Below, piece by piece: positions 9,678-17,308 of a stretch of 36,324 nt of DNA; the first letter of the stretch is position 1, and each line of letters begins with the position of its first letter. The notes below the pieces were generated by a model. That model saw only the letters and a list, made by a program, of their open reading frames with translations. It ran no database searches and had not been told where the DNA came from. The position numbers and the translations under genes were made by a program. Origin of the DNA: Candidatus Aerophobota bacterium (GTDB lineage: Bacteria > Aerophobota > Aerophobia > Aerophobales > B3-G15); the NCBI GenBank assembly GCA_014859225.1, contig JACUUP010000002.1, positions 1 through 36,324 on the forward strand, written 5' to 3'.

Positions 9678-11492
9678 CTCACCCAGAAACATTGATTCTG
9701 ACAAAATTTGATGGAAGTCAGAAGCAGTGGCAAGTTCTACATGCTCTACGAGAGATGGTATTATTTCAGCTTCCCTCTGAGCATTCCGGGAAATAAGTAC
9801 TTTAATAGCTCCAAGACTTGCGGCATTACCAACCATTTTAACCTCAGCCCCGGGGAAAAAAGGAAAAAGACCAGTACGATAGGCACTTTCTAAATTTATA
9901 TAATTACCAAAAGCCCCTGCGATGAGAAAATCATCAACCTCATCCTTATTCACTTGTAATCTTTTTAAAAGAATCTTAATTCCCGTAGAAATTGCAGCTT
10001 TAGCCAGCTGGAATTCTCTTATATCTTTTTGAGATATAAAAATACAGGGTCCATCTTTGTTTTTTACGAGTACAAACTTACGCTCCCCTTTTTCTTCTGA
10101 AACTCTATCTGCCCACAATTTTTTTTGCCGGTTGCGAGGTTTAATCCTCCCCGAACTATCAACTATCCCTTCTCTATACAGCTCACTCACTATATCCACA
10201 AGTCCGCTTCCACAGATACCCCTAACCTCCCCCCCTCCGATAACCTTTATCTGAGCAGTCCCTTCTCGTAGCTCAAACTTCTCAATAGCTCCCTCTTCAG
10301 CCATCATACCCTGGCAAATTCTTACTCCCTCAAAGGCGGGTCCCGCAGCAGTTGAGAGGGCCACTAATTTTCCCCTGTGAGAGAGGACAATCTCTCCATT
10401 AGTACCAATATCCACGGCTAATCTTACTTTGTCAGTTTCCCTGTGAAGCATGGTAGTTAAAATTAATCCAACTGTGTCTCCTCCAACAAAAGCTGCTATG
10501 TTAGGCAAAATATAAATCATGGCTGATGGATTTATCTTTATTTTTAAATCAGAGCTTTTTATACTAAGAGCATCCTGGAGCACTGGAACAAATGGGTATA
10601 AGCCTAAATTTAATGGATTAATCCCGGCAATTAAATGCTGCATTACAGTATTACCTGCTATGACAAGACGGTATATATTATCTTTTCTTAGTTTTGTTTG
10701 TTTGGTTAACTTATCAACTATTTGATTAACTTTATTAATTACGCTTTTTTGTAGCTCCAACAAACCTTTATAACCTTTTTGCTGGATATAACTTATTCTG
10801 GAAATAACATCAAAACCAAAATTGTTTTGAGGATTAAGTGCAGATTGAGTAGTAATTCTTTCTCCTGTATCCAAATCTATAAGAGTGCCCACTAAGGTAG
10901 TAGTTCCAATATCAAATGCCATACCGAAATTTTTCCCCCTAGTATCTTCTCTCTCTACGGTAATTAGTTTTCCCTCGTCCAGCACACAGGTTACTTTAAA
11001 ACAACTTTCACGTAAAAAATAAGGAACTTTTCTTACTACATTTATATCTACTTGTAAACGGTTCCATCCTTTTTTCTTAAGCTCTCTTTTTACTCTACTA
11101 ATATCTGAAACCTGGTCTTTTAGAGTAGGGGGGGCAAGACTTAAGAATACCTTTTTAATAGGAGGATTAATCTCAATAATCTCTTTTGAATTTAAGGTTA
11201 AAATTTGAAGAGTGGAAATTAAAGAAGATTTTAAAAACTCTACCCGGGCATCACCTTTTAAAATTACCTGGCAGGCGAGCCGATACCCTTTTTTTAAATC
11301 CTCTGGGATAAGTTTTTTCTCTTTTTGGGTGGGGGAATTAATATTACCTTTAATTTTCACTTTACATTTCCCACAACTTCCTTTACCTCCACAGGGAAAA
11401 GAAAAATTAAGGTTAGCTCTAAAAATTATATCTTTTAAATTTGTTAATTTAATAGTGGTTAGTTTTCTCCCAGAAGGGAGAAAACTAACCAC
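9654..11492 (-). CDS. 2Fe-2S ferredoxin-domain / ASKHA-fold ATPase, RACo-like (DUF4445 / COG3894-type corrinoid activation protein family)
   Basis: N-terminus VSFLPSGRKL...CGGKGSCGKCKV...RLACQ (plant-type 2Fe-2S). ASKHA phosphate motifs AFDIGTTT and AVDIGTNGE. GTG start at 11492 with AAGGA about 7 nt upstream. Confidence 0.8.
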   Translation of the reverse strand: MVSFLPSGRKLTTIKLTNLKDIIFRANLNFSFPCGGKGSCGKCKVKIKGNINSPTQKEKKLIPEDLKKGYRLACQVILKGDARVEFLKSSLISTLQILTLNSKEIIEINPPIKKVFLSLAPPTLKDQVSDISRVKRELKKKGWNRLQVDINVVRKVPYFLRESCFKVTCVLDEGKLITVEREDTRGKNFGMAFDIGTTTLVGTLIDLDTGERITTQSALNPQNNFGFDVISRISYIQQKGYKGLLELQKSVINKVNQIVDKLTKQTKLRKDNIYRLVIAGNTVMQHLIAGINPLNLGLYPFVPVLQDALSIKSSDLKIKINPSAMIYILPNIAAFVGGDTVGLILTTMLHRETDKVRLAVDIGTNGEIVLSHRGKLVALSTAAGPAFEGVRICQGMMAEEGAIEKFELREGTAQIKVIGGGEVRGICGSGLVDIVSELYREGIVDSSGRIKPRNRQKKLWADRVSEEKGERKFVLVKNKDGPCIFISQKDIREFQLAKAAISTGIKILLKRLQVNKDEVDDFLIAGAFGNYINLESAYRTGLFPFFPGAEVKMVGNAASLGAIKVLISRNAQREAEIIPSLVEHVELATASDFHQILSESMFLGELKGEGLC

Positions 11493-11495
11493 TAT
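11452..11495. repeat. perfect 20-bp-stem palindrome (loop AGAA/TTCT) enclosing the RACo-like start codon
   Basis: ATAGTGGTTAGTTTTCTCCC (11452-11471), AGAA, GGGAGAAAACTAACCACTAT (11476-11495), exact reverse complements. The minus-strand GTG start (11490-11492) lies in the stem. Confidence 0.9.
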
Positions 11496-11505
11496 CTTTT
11501 CCTTA

Positions 11506-11519
11506 TTTTTTTTTTTTTT
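11506..11519. repeat. T14 / A14 homopolymer between the trxA stop and the RACo-like RBS
   Basis: Fourteen consecutive T on the plus strand, counted directly. Confidence 0.95.
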
Positions 11520-11533
11520 GAAAACTCATTAAA

Positions 11534-11857
11534 TTATAATAATTTCTTTATCTTTTTAACTAACTCTTTTTTACTAATCATCCCGGTGACCCTATCCACT
11601 ATTTCTCCATTTTTAAATAAAAACAAGGTGGGAATTCCTCTAATACCATACTTAGATACAATAGAAGGATTCTCATCCACATCCACTTTAAAAAAACTAA
11701 TACAACCTTTAAACTCTTCAGATAAACTATCTATTATGGGTTCTATTTTTTCACAAGGCACACACCATTTTGCCCAAAAATCTACTATAACCGGTTTTTT
11801 AGATTCTAAAACTTCTTTTTTAAAATCATTCATTTTTACCACTTTAACCTCACTCAC
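11534..11857 (-). CDS. trxA: thioredoxin (active site WCVPC)
   Basis: 107 aa. VDFWAKWCVPCEKI, then GIRGIPTLFLFKNGE (cis-Pro loop). Confidence 0.9.
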   Translation of the reverse strand: MSEVKVVKMNDFKKEVLESKKPVIVDFWAKWCVPCEKIEPIIDSLSEEFKGCISFFKVDVDENPSIVSKYGIRGIPTLFLFKNGEIVDRVTGMISKKELVKKIKKLL

Positions 11858-12079
11858 TTTCTTTCTCCTCTTATTATTATATTTTATTATAGTTAGTAGT
11901 TATAGTAGGAGCTGTGATTTATCTGGATAACTATTAGAAGATAGTATGTATATGGGAAAGATGTGGATAAATTTTAGTTAAAAATTTTATTATTTTTCCA
12001 CCTTTTCCACTTTACTTAAAATAATTTATTTTTATTTCCACATTAATTCACACTTATAAACAATTTTTTAATATACTTA
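11858..12079. other. oriC-like region downstream of dnaA: DnaA-box cluster plus AT-rich tract
   Basis: TGTGGATAA (11962-11970) is a perfect box. TCTGGATAA (11922-11930) has 1 mismatch. Degenerate boxes: TTTTCCACC, TTTTCCACT, ATTTCCACA (12034-12042), TAATTCACA (12044-12052). The surroundings are very AT-rich. Confidence 0.6.
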
Positions 12080-13408
12080 TCAAGAGGTTATTTTTTGGAT
12101 AATTTCCTCTATTTCTCTATTAATAATTTTATCTTTTTTTCTTTGCTCTTTTATCTTTCGCCAGGCATACATAATTGTGGTATGGTCTTTACCCCCAAAT
12201 TTTTCTCCAATTTCAGGAAAAGAACACTCTGTTAGCTCTCTACAAAGATACATACCTATTTGCCTGGGAAAGACAATAGATTTTACCCTCTTTTTCCCTT
12301 TTAATTGTGATTCTTTTATTTTATAATATTTAGCCACATTTTGCAAAATTATATCCGGGGTGATTAATTTAGATTCCTCGGGTGGGATAATGTCTTTTAG
12401 TATTTGTTTTGCCGCTTCAGGGTTTATTTCTTTATTGTATAAAGATGAATGGGCGGCAAGTTTCATCAGACAACCTTCTAACTTACGAATATTGGTTTTT
12501 ACCCGCTCAGCTATAAAAATCGCCACTTCATCGTTTAAAAATATTTTTTCCACCTCAGCCTTTTTCTTTAAGATAGCAATTCTTGTTTCCAGGTCAGGAG
12601 GTTGGATGTCAGTGATAAGACCCCACTCAAAGCGTGAACGCAGTCTTTTTTCTAATGTGGGAATTTCTGTTGGGGGTCTATCGCTGGATAAAACTATCTG
12701 TTTGTGAGCTTCGTATAGAGCATTAAAGGTGTGGAAAAATTCCTCCTGAGTTCTTTCCTTGCCAGCTAAAAAGTGTATGTCATCAACGAGTAGCACATCT
12801 ATATTTCTATGTTTTTTCCTGAAATCAAGGGTTTTATCATCTCTGATAGCATTAATTAATTCATTAGTGAATTGCTCGGAAGAAATATAGGTAAAGGTGA
12901 GTTCAGGTCTTGATTTTAAAATGAAGTGAGCAATAGCCTGCAGAAGGTGGGTCTTACCCAGGCCCACATCACCATAAATAAAAAGAGGGTTGTAAATGGC
13001 AGAAGGAGATTGAGCTACAGCCAGAGAGGCAGCATGGGGCAAACGGTTGTTACTTCCTACAACGAATGTCTCAAATTTATAACGAGAATTTAAACGTGAA
13101 TAAGAAACGGTACTGGTTGGTAAAACTTTATATGCTTTTCTATTTAAGCTAATACCAATCTGGTTTTCCACATCCAGGTCTATTCTTATATCTTTTTCTA
13201 TCTCTGTTGCTATTAACTGAAATAAAGGCAGGTACTTTTCCTGAACTCTCTCCCTAACAAAGTTATTGGGAGCTTTTATAACTAAATTATTAGAAAAAAA
13301 TGAACCAACTTGAAGAGGTTTAACCCATACATCAAAGCTTCTGGTGTCAATTTTAGCTCGCGCCTCTTTTAAAATCCTCTTCCACAAAGCATCTCCGTTT
13401 CTATTCAT
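12080..13408 (-). CDS. dnaA: chromosomal replication initiator protein DnaA
   Basis: Walker A GDVGLGKTHLL, Walker B LLVDDIHF, C-terminal DNA-binding KDHTTIMYAWRKI. 442 aa. Confidence 0.97.
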   Translation of the reverse strand: MNRNGDALWKRILKEARAKIDTRSFDVWVKPLQVGSFFSNNLVIKAPNNFVRERVQEKYLPLFQLIATEIEKDIRIDLDVENQIGISLNRKAYKVLPTSTVSYSRLNSRYKFETFVVGSNNRLPHAASLAVAQSPSAIYNPLFIYGDVGLGKTHLLQAIAHFILKSRPELTFTYISSEQFTNELINAIRDDKTLDFRKKHRNIDVLLVDDIHFLAGKERTQEEFFHTFNALYEAHKQIVLSSDRPPTEIPTLEKRLRSRFEWGLITDIQPPDLETRIAILKKKAEVEKIFLNDEVAIFIAERVKTNIRKLEGCLMKLAAHSSLYNKEINPEAAKQILKDIIPPEESKLITPDIILQNVAKYYKIKESQLKGKKRVKSIVFPRQIGMYLCRELTECSFPEIGEKFGGKDHTTIMYAWRKIKEQRKKDKIINREIEEIIQKITS

Positions 13409-13436
13409 TTTATATCTTCCCTTACCTTGTCAGTAG

Positions 13437-13469
13437 TTAATCACAGGGTTATCCACAGCTGTGGATAAC
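13437..13469. promoter_or_regulatory. three clustered DnaA boxes upstream of dnaA, including a perfect inverted pair
   Basis: TTAATCACA (13437-13445, 1 mismatch), TTATCCACA (13449-13457) and TGTGGATAA (13460-13468). The last two form the palindrome GTTATCCACAGCTGTGGATAAC (13448-13469), about 40-60 nt upstream of the dnaA ATG. Confidence 0.8.
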
Positions 13470-13555
13470 TTTTAAACCTTATAGAAAGTGAAAATGAGAA
13501 AAATCAAATTAATCTGTTTTTTATTTTCATTCAGAACAAAAAAGTCTTCTGTGAG

Positions 13556-13564
13556 TTATGCACA
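13556..13564 (+). promoter_or_regulatory. DnaA box (TTATGCACA) in the AT-rich tract upstream of dnaA
   Basis: Matches the TTATNCACA consensus. Embedded in the AT-rich sequence at 13470-13620. Confidence 0.55.
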
Positions 13565-13619
13565 AGATTTATACCTCAGGAGAAGAAAGAGAATTTTACA
13601 CTTATGCTAAATATTTACT

Positions 13620-13905
13620 AAAGCACGCATAACATGACAGGCGGGACGCCTGTCATGTTATGTATTGTCCACCCATGGCAAGACAAGCATATCGACTACC
13701 CTACCTCTAAAAGATGGTTTCAGGGCTCCATTCCTTCTCACAGCCAACGTGGTTTACTGAGTATTTACCATTGTATACCCCCTCCTGCTTATGTCAAGAA
13801 TGTTCTAAACCTTTCAGGATGCGATTCTCGCAGGCTAAGGCTTGAACTATCTACCATCCAGAGGTCAAGGTAAAACTCTTTATGCCAAGATTGACAAAGA
13901 GCTGT
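13620..13905 (-). ncRNA. candidate structured non-coding RNA of unknown family (6S-like size and shape possible)
   Basis: Visibly more GC-rich than the flanks. Only a compositionally odd 79-aa ORF is present. Hand-folded closing helix on the minus strand: ACC/GGU, ACCUCU/AGAGGU and GGAUGG/CCAUCU, pairing 13854-13871 with 13698-13717 (174-nt core). The G-U wobbles work only in the minus sense. A 5' hairpin forms from CUCUUU...AAAGAG. A TATAAT hexamer lies on the minus strand at 13915-13920, and the terminator-like hairpin is at 13628-13662. Confidence 0.35.
13628..13662 (-). terminator. 16-bp perfect hairpin, terminator-like on the minus strand
   Basis: CATAACATGACAGGCG, GGA, CGCCTGTCATGTTATG. 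On the minus strand it is followed by CGTGCTTT (a modest U-tract). On the plus strand no T-tract follows. Confidence 0.45.
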
Positions 13906-13919
13906 CATTCATTTATTAT
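13891..13919 (+). promoter_or_regulatory. candidate sigma70 promoter for the HIT-nadE-acyP genes
   Basis: TTGACA (13891-13896), 17-nt spacer, TATTAT (13914-13919). Confidence 0.6.
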
Positions 13920-13948
13920 AGAAGGAAAATGCAAATTCGGAAGTGCTG

Positions 13949-14425
13949 ATGCGTAGATTATGGGCCCCCTGGCGACTAAAATATATAAAAGAGCACAAAA
14001 GGGAAAACTGTATCTTTTGCCAGAAACCACAGGAGAAAAAGGATGAGAAAAATTACATCCTTTTAAGGGGGAAGACCTGTTTTGTCATACTGAATACTTA
14101 TCCTTACAATAATGGGCATGTAATGGTGGCGCCTTACCGTCATATTGGTTCTGTAGAAAAGATGAGCTATGAGGAAGGTGCCGAAATGATGGGATTTGCA
14201 GGCAAAATGACGAGGCTCATCAGAGAGCTTATGCAGCCGGATGGATTTAATATAGGAATGAATATAGGAAGGGCTGCAGGAGCCGGGATTGAAGACCATA
14301 TTCATATGCACATCGTTCCCCGCTGGGTTGGAGATTGCAACTTTATGCCGATTTTATCTGATACGAAAGTAATTCCTGAGGCTCTGGATGAAAGTTATAG
14401 GAAACTCAGGGATAAATTATTATAA
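13949..14425 (+). CDS. HIT (histidine triad) family nucleotide hydrolase/transferase
   Basis: LWAPWRLKYI N-terminus. Histidine triad HIHMHIVPRW. ATG 13949 preferred, with the GTG at 13943 an alternative start. Confidence 0.88.
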   Translation: MRRLWAPWRLKYIKEHKRENCIFCQKPQEKKDEKNYILLRGKTCFVILNTYPYNNGHVMVAPYRHIGSVEKMSYEEGAEMMGFAGKMTRLIRELMQPDGFNIGMNIGRAAGAGIEDHIHMHIVPRWVGDCNFMPILSDTKVIPEALDESYRKLRDKLL

Positions 14426-14439
14426 AAGGTTATGTTACA

Positions 14440-15168
14440 ATGGAGCCATCTAAAGTTTGTGATAAGATTGTGGAATGGACAAAGGAAAGGATGAAAAAAA
14501 CACGAGCCAAAGGAGGTTTATTTGGTTTAAGCGGAGGGGTGGATTCTTCAGTGATTGCCGCCCTTTGCCAGAGAGCATTGGGGAATAATACTTTAGCCCT
14601 GATAATGCCCTGTCACAGCGACCCTTTAGATGTGAAATACGCAATAGGGATAGCTGAGAAATTTGGTATAGAGGCTAAGGAAATTTGTCTTGATGCAATT
14701 TACGATACATTTATTCAGATTCTGCCAGCAGGTGGAAGATTGGCTTGTGCCAATGTAAAATCCAGGATAAGAATGACTACCCTTTACTACTTTGCCAATA
14801 GTTTAAATTATTTAGTCGTAGGAACCGGAAATAAAAGTGAGATAACGGTGGGTTATTTTACTAAATATGGAGATGGAGCAGCAGACATTTCTCCCCTTGG
14901 AGGGCTGCTGAAAACAGAGGTTTTGGAGCTGGCAAAATATCTGGGGGTTCCAGAGAAGATAATAAACAGGGCTCCCAGTGCTGGTCTTTGGCCTGGTCAA
15001 ACTGATGAAGCAGAAATGGGGATAACATACAGAGAACTTGATGAAGTTATTCAGTTTTTGGAGGGAAAAATAAAAGTAAAACTCTCTGAAGAAAAAATAA
15101 AAAAGGTTAAAGTCCTCATGCAAAACTCTCAACACAAAAGAGAATCTCCACCGGTTTTTAAATTTTAA
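14440..15168 (+). CDS. nadE: NH3-dependent NAD+ synthetase
   Basis: PP-loop GLSGGVDSSV, VGTGNKSE, YFTKYGDG. 242 aa. Confidence 0.9.
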   Translation: MEPSKVCDKIVEWTKERMKKTRAKGGLFGLSGGVDSSVIAALCQRALGNNTLALIMPCHSDPLDVKYAIGIAEKFGIEAKEICLDAIYDTFIQILPAGGRLACANVKSRIRMTTLYYFANSLNYLVVGTGNKSEITVGYFTKYGDGAADISPLGGLLKTEVLELAKYLGVPEKIINRAPSAGLWPGQTDEAEMGITYRELDEVIQFLEGKIKVKLSEEKIKKVKVLMQNSQHKRESPPVFKF

Positions 15169-15181
15169 TTCAAAAGCCAAA

Positions 15182-15457
15182 ATGAGAAAGAAAAGAGTTT
15201 ATATTCTTGTGGAGGGGAAAGTTCAGGGAATTTTCTTTCGGGCTACGGCCCGTGATGTAGCAAGGTTCTTAGGAGTTAAGGGTTGGGTTAAAAACAGGTG
15301 GGATGGAAAGGTGGAACTTACAGTGGAGGGGGAAGAGGAGGCGGTGGATAAAATGATACAGTGGTGCCACAGCGGTCCAGCGGGAGCATTGGTTACCACA
15401 GTAGAGGTTGAACCGCAGCCATGGAAGGGAGAATTTACTAATTTTTCCATTCTATAA
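15182..15457 (+). CDS. acyP: acylphosphatase
   Basis: 91 aa. VEGKVQGIFFRATAR and GWVKNRWDGKVE signatures. Confidence 0.9.
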   Translation: MRKKRVYILVEGKVQGIFFRATARDVARFLGVKGWVKNRWDGKVELTVEGEEEAVDKMIQWCHSGPAGALVTTVEVEPQPWKGEFTNFSIL

Positions 15458-15541
15458 AAAAAGGGGACAGATTTATTTTTTTACTGTTTTTTTATTTTCA
15501 AATTATTTGGCGAATAAAAAATAAATCTGTCCCCTTTTTTT
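15456..15541. terminator. bidirectional terminator-like inverted repeat between convergent acyP and the HAD-IIA gene
   Basis: A7 (15456-15462), then GGGGACAGATTTATTTTTT (15463-15481), a 34-nt loop, AAAAAATAAATCTGTCCCC (15516-15534), then T7 (15535-15541). 19-bp perfect arms flanked by complementary A and T tracts. The loop is unusually large. Confidence 0.6.
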
Positions 15542-16328
15542 ACGAAAAATTGATAGATAAAAGCTGGGGAAGGGCTGATATTACATAACAGGGCCGAAAA
15601 AGAGGGGAAACTTTTTCCACTTCCTCAGACGAGCTTATACCCGAGAGAACGAGAACCGTTACTATCCCCATTTTATTACCAAGTGCAATATCTGTGTCCA
15701 GTCTATCCCCTACCAGTATAACCTGTGAAGGGGAAAAACCCATCTGCTGCAGGACTATCTTCAAACCAAAAGTTTCTGGTTTGCCCAGAACGAAGGGGGC
15801 TTTTTTAGTGGAAGCCTCCAGAGCCCTCACAATGGCTCCTGAGCCAGGGATGGTTTTTTCCTCCAGGGGATAGGTTGCATCAGTGTTGGTGGCGATAAAG
15901 TCAGCTCCATTTAATATTGCCCGATGAGCGAGGCACAGTTTCTTGAAGTTAAGCTTTCTATCCATTCCCACCGCAACAAAGCTAACTTTTTTGGGATCTT
16001 GGGAGATGGCAATACCCTGGTTTTTAAGTTCTTCAAAAAGTCCTTTTTCTCCGACAATCATTACTTTTTCCTCAGGTTTTATCTTTCTGTAATTTTTTAA
16101 ATAAAGGGCGCAAAGGTAAGAGGAAGAGAAAAACTGTCCATCTTTAACTTTTAACCCCCATCGGGTGAGCTTTTTGCAATAACTTTCCCTGCTTAAGGTG
16201 GAGTTGTTGCTTAAAAAGCAAATTTTCTCCCCCCTTCTCTCAAGCTCCTGCAGGGTTTCTTTAACTCCCGGGAGCAGTGTATTGCCAATATATATTACTC
16301 CATCAAGATCAAAAATAAAAAGATTCAT
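15540..16328 (-). CDS. HAD-IIA family phosphatase (NagD / p-nitrophenylphosphatase-like)
   Basis: Motif I FIFDLDGVIY, CFLSNNS, motif IV VGDRLDTDI. 262 aa. Confidence 0.85.
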   Translation of the reverse strand: MNLFIFDLDGVIYIGNTLLPGVKETLQELERRGEKICFLSNNSTLSRESYCKKLTRWGLKVKDGQFFSSSYLCALYLKNYRKIKPEEKVMIVGEKGLFEELKNQGIAISQDPKKVSFVAVGMDRKLNFKKLCLAHRAILNGADFIATNTDATYPLEEKTIPGSGAIVRALEASTKKAPFVLGKPETFGLKIVLQQMGFSPSQVILVGDRLDTDIALGNKMGIVTVLVLSGISSSEEVEKVSPLFRPCYVISALPQLLSINFS

Positions 16329-17308
16329 ATACTTCCCTCTATCCTCAATTTTTCTATTTCCTCCTCCATGCAGCGCCTTGTTTTAACTATGTTAGTCTTA
16401 CCTTCTGCAATTTGATAGTACTCTATCTCTGTTAGCTTATCTGGAGCATCGCTATATCTTAGAACTATGGAAGCTGCTTTGCAGATGAGCTCAAAGCTGA
16501 TGTTTCCGCGGAAAAGAGCAGTGGGGCCAGGGTATTCTTTCACTTTGAGTATAAGATCACCGGGTGTGGCAAGCCTTTCAATCTTAAAATTCTCCTCTCT
16601 ACATCTTCCAACTATTACTCTTGCCTGATGGTTTATACGAAAATGTCTGCCGAGTTTTAAAAGTTTTGCTTCATTTATATTTAATTTTCCTGTAGAAAGA
16701 AGATATTTTACCCTTAGAGAAAAATTTGGGTCTGTCAAAAGGCATCCCCCCGCAGGTGTTGGAAAATCTTTAATCTGAAAATTTTCAGCAAGCTCAAGCT
16801 GTGCTTTGCGGCACCTCCCCTTTATGTCCATAAGTTTTTCTCTGTTCACCCACCCTTTTCTTTCAGGAAGCGTAGGGGGCAGATTTTTGGCTGTAAGTGG
16901 TCTGAGGATATAATCACCCCAACCAGACTCTACATCTATTATTTTCAAAGCTTTTCTACTTTGAGATTTTGGTCTTTCCCCCAGGACTTCTCCACTAATC
17001 AGAAATTTTGCTTCCTTTTTCTCCATTAAAGAGCCTGCACTTTTTATCATAAGAATGTGGCAATCTATACAGGGATTTGCTCCTTTCCCAAAACCATGGG
17101 GAGGGCATTTAATTATGGCAAGGAGCTTTCTGGTTATATCTATACTGGTAAGCGGGACTTCCAACTCTTCAGATACTTTTTTCGCCCTCCTGTCATCAAA
17201 GAATACAGAGGTAAAACAAACTGCCTCTATGTCTATTCCTTGTTTCTTGAGAAGACATATTGATAAGATACTATCCAGCCCTCCAGAAAGTAATGCAAGA
17301 GCCTTCAT
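16325..17308 (-). CDS. PP-loop ATP pyrophosphatase, ThiI/MnmA-like (probable tRNA sulfurtransferase family)
   Basis: N-terminal LLSGGLDS PP-loop. NPCIDCH and PAGGCLLTDP cysteines. 4-nt overlaps with both neighbouring genes. Exact subfamily not resolved by eye. Confidence 0.65.
   Translation of the reverse strand: MKALALLSGGLDSILSICLLKKQGIDIEAVCFTSVFFDDRRAKKVSEELEVPLTSIDITRKLLAIIKCPPHGFGKGANPCIDCHILMIKSAGSLMEKKEAKFLISGEVLGERPKSQSRKALKIIDVESGWGDYILRPLTAKNLPPTLPERKGWVNREKLMDIKGRCRKAQLELAENFQIKDFPTPAGGCLLTDPNFSLRVKYLLSTGKLNINEAKLLKLGRHFRINHQARVIVGRCREENFKIERLATPGDLILKVKEYPGPTALFRGNISFELICKAASIVLRYSDAPDKLTEIEYYQIAEGKTNIVKTRRCMEEEIEKLRIEGSI

Noticed and set aside
13660-13700. UGGGUGGAC followed by a hairpin, on the minus strand, reminiscent of a T-box antiterminator/terminator
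   Set aside because: Only 8 to 9 nt match the T-box core. The downstream region is the DnaA-box/oriC tract and dnaA, not an aminoacyl-tRNA synthetase or amino-acid gene, and no Stem I features were found.
13634-13873. 79-aa plus-strand ORF (MTGGTPVMLCIVHPWQDKH...) in the dnaA-HIT intergenic region
   Set aside because: Its composition is poor in Lys and Glu and rich in Pro, His, Cys and Trp, unlike all confident proteins here. It has no RBS, its ATG lies inside the 16-bp hairpin, and there is no recognisable family motif. It is better explained as a by-product of a GC-richer structured RNA region.
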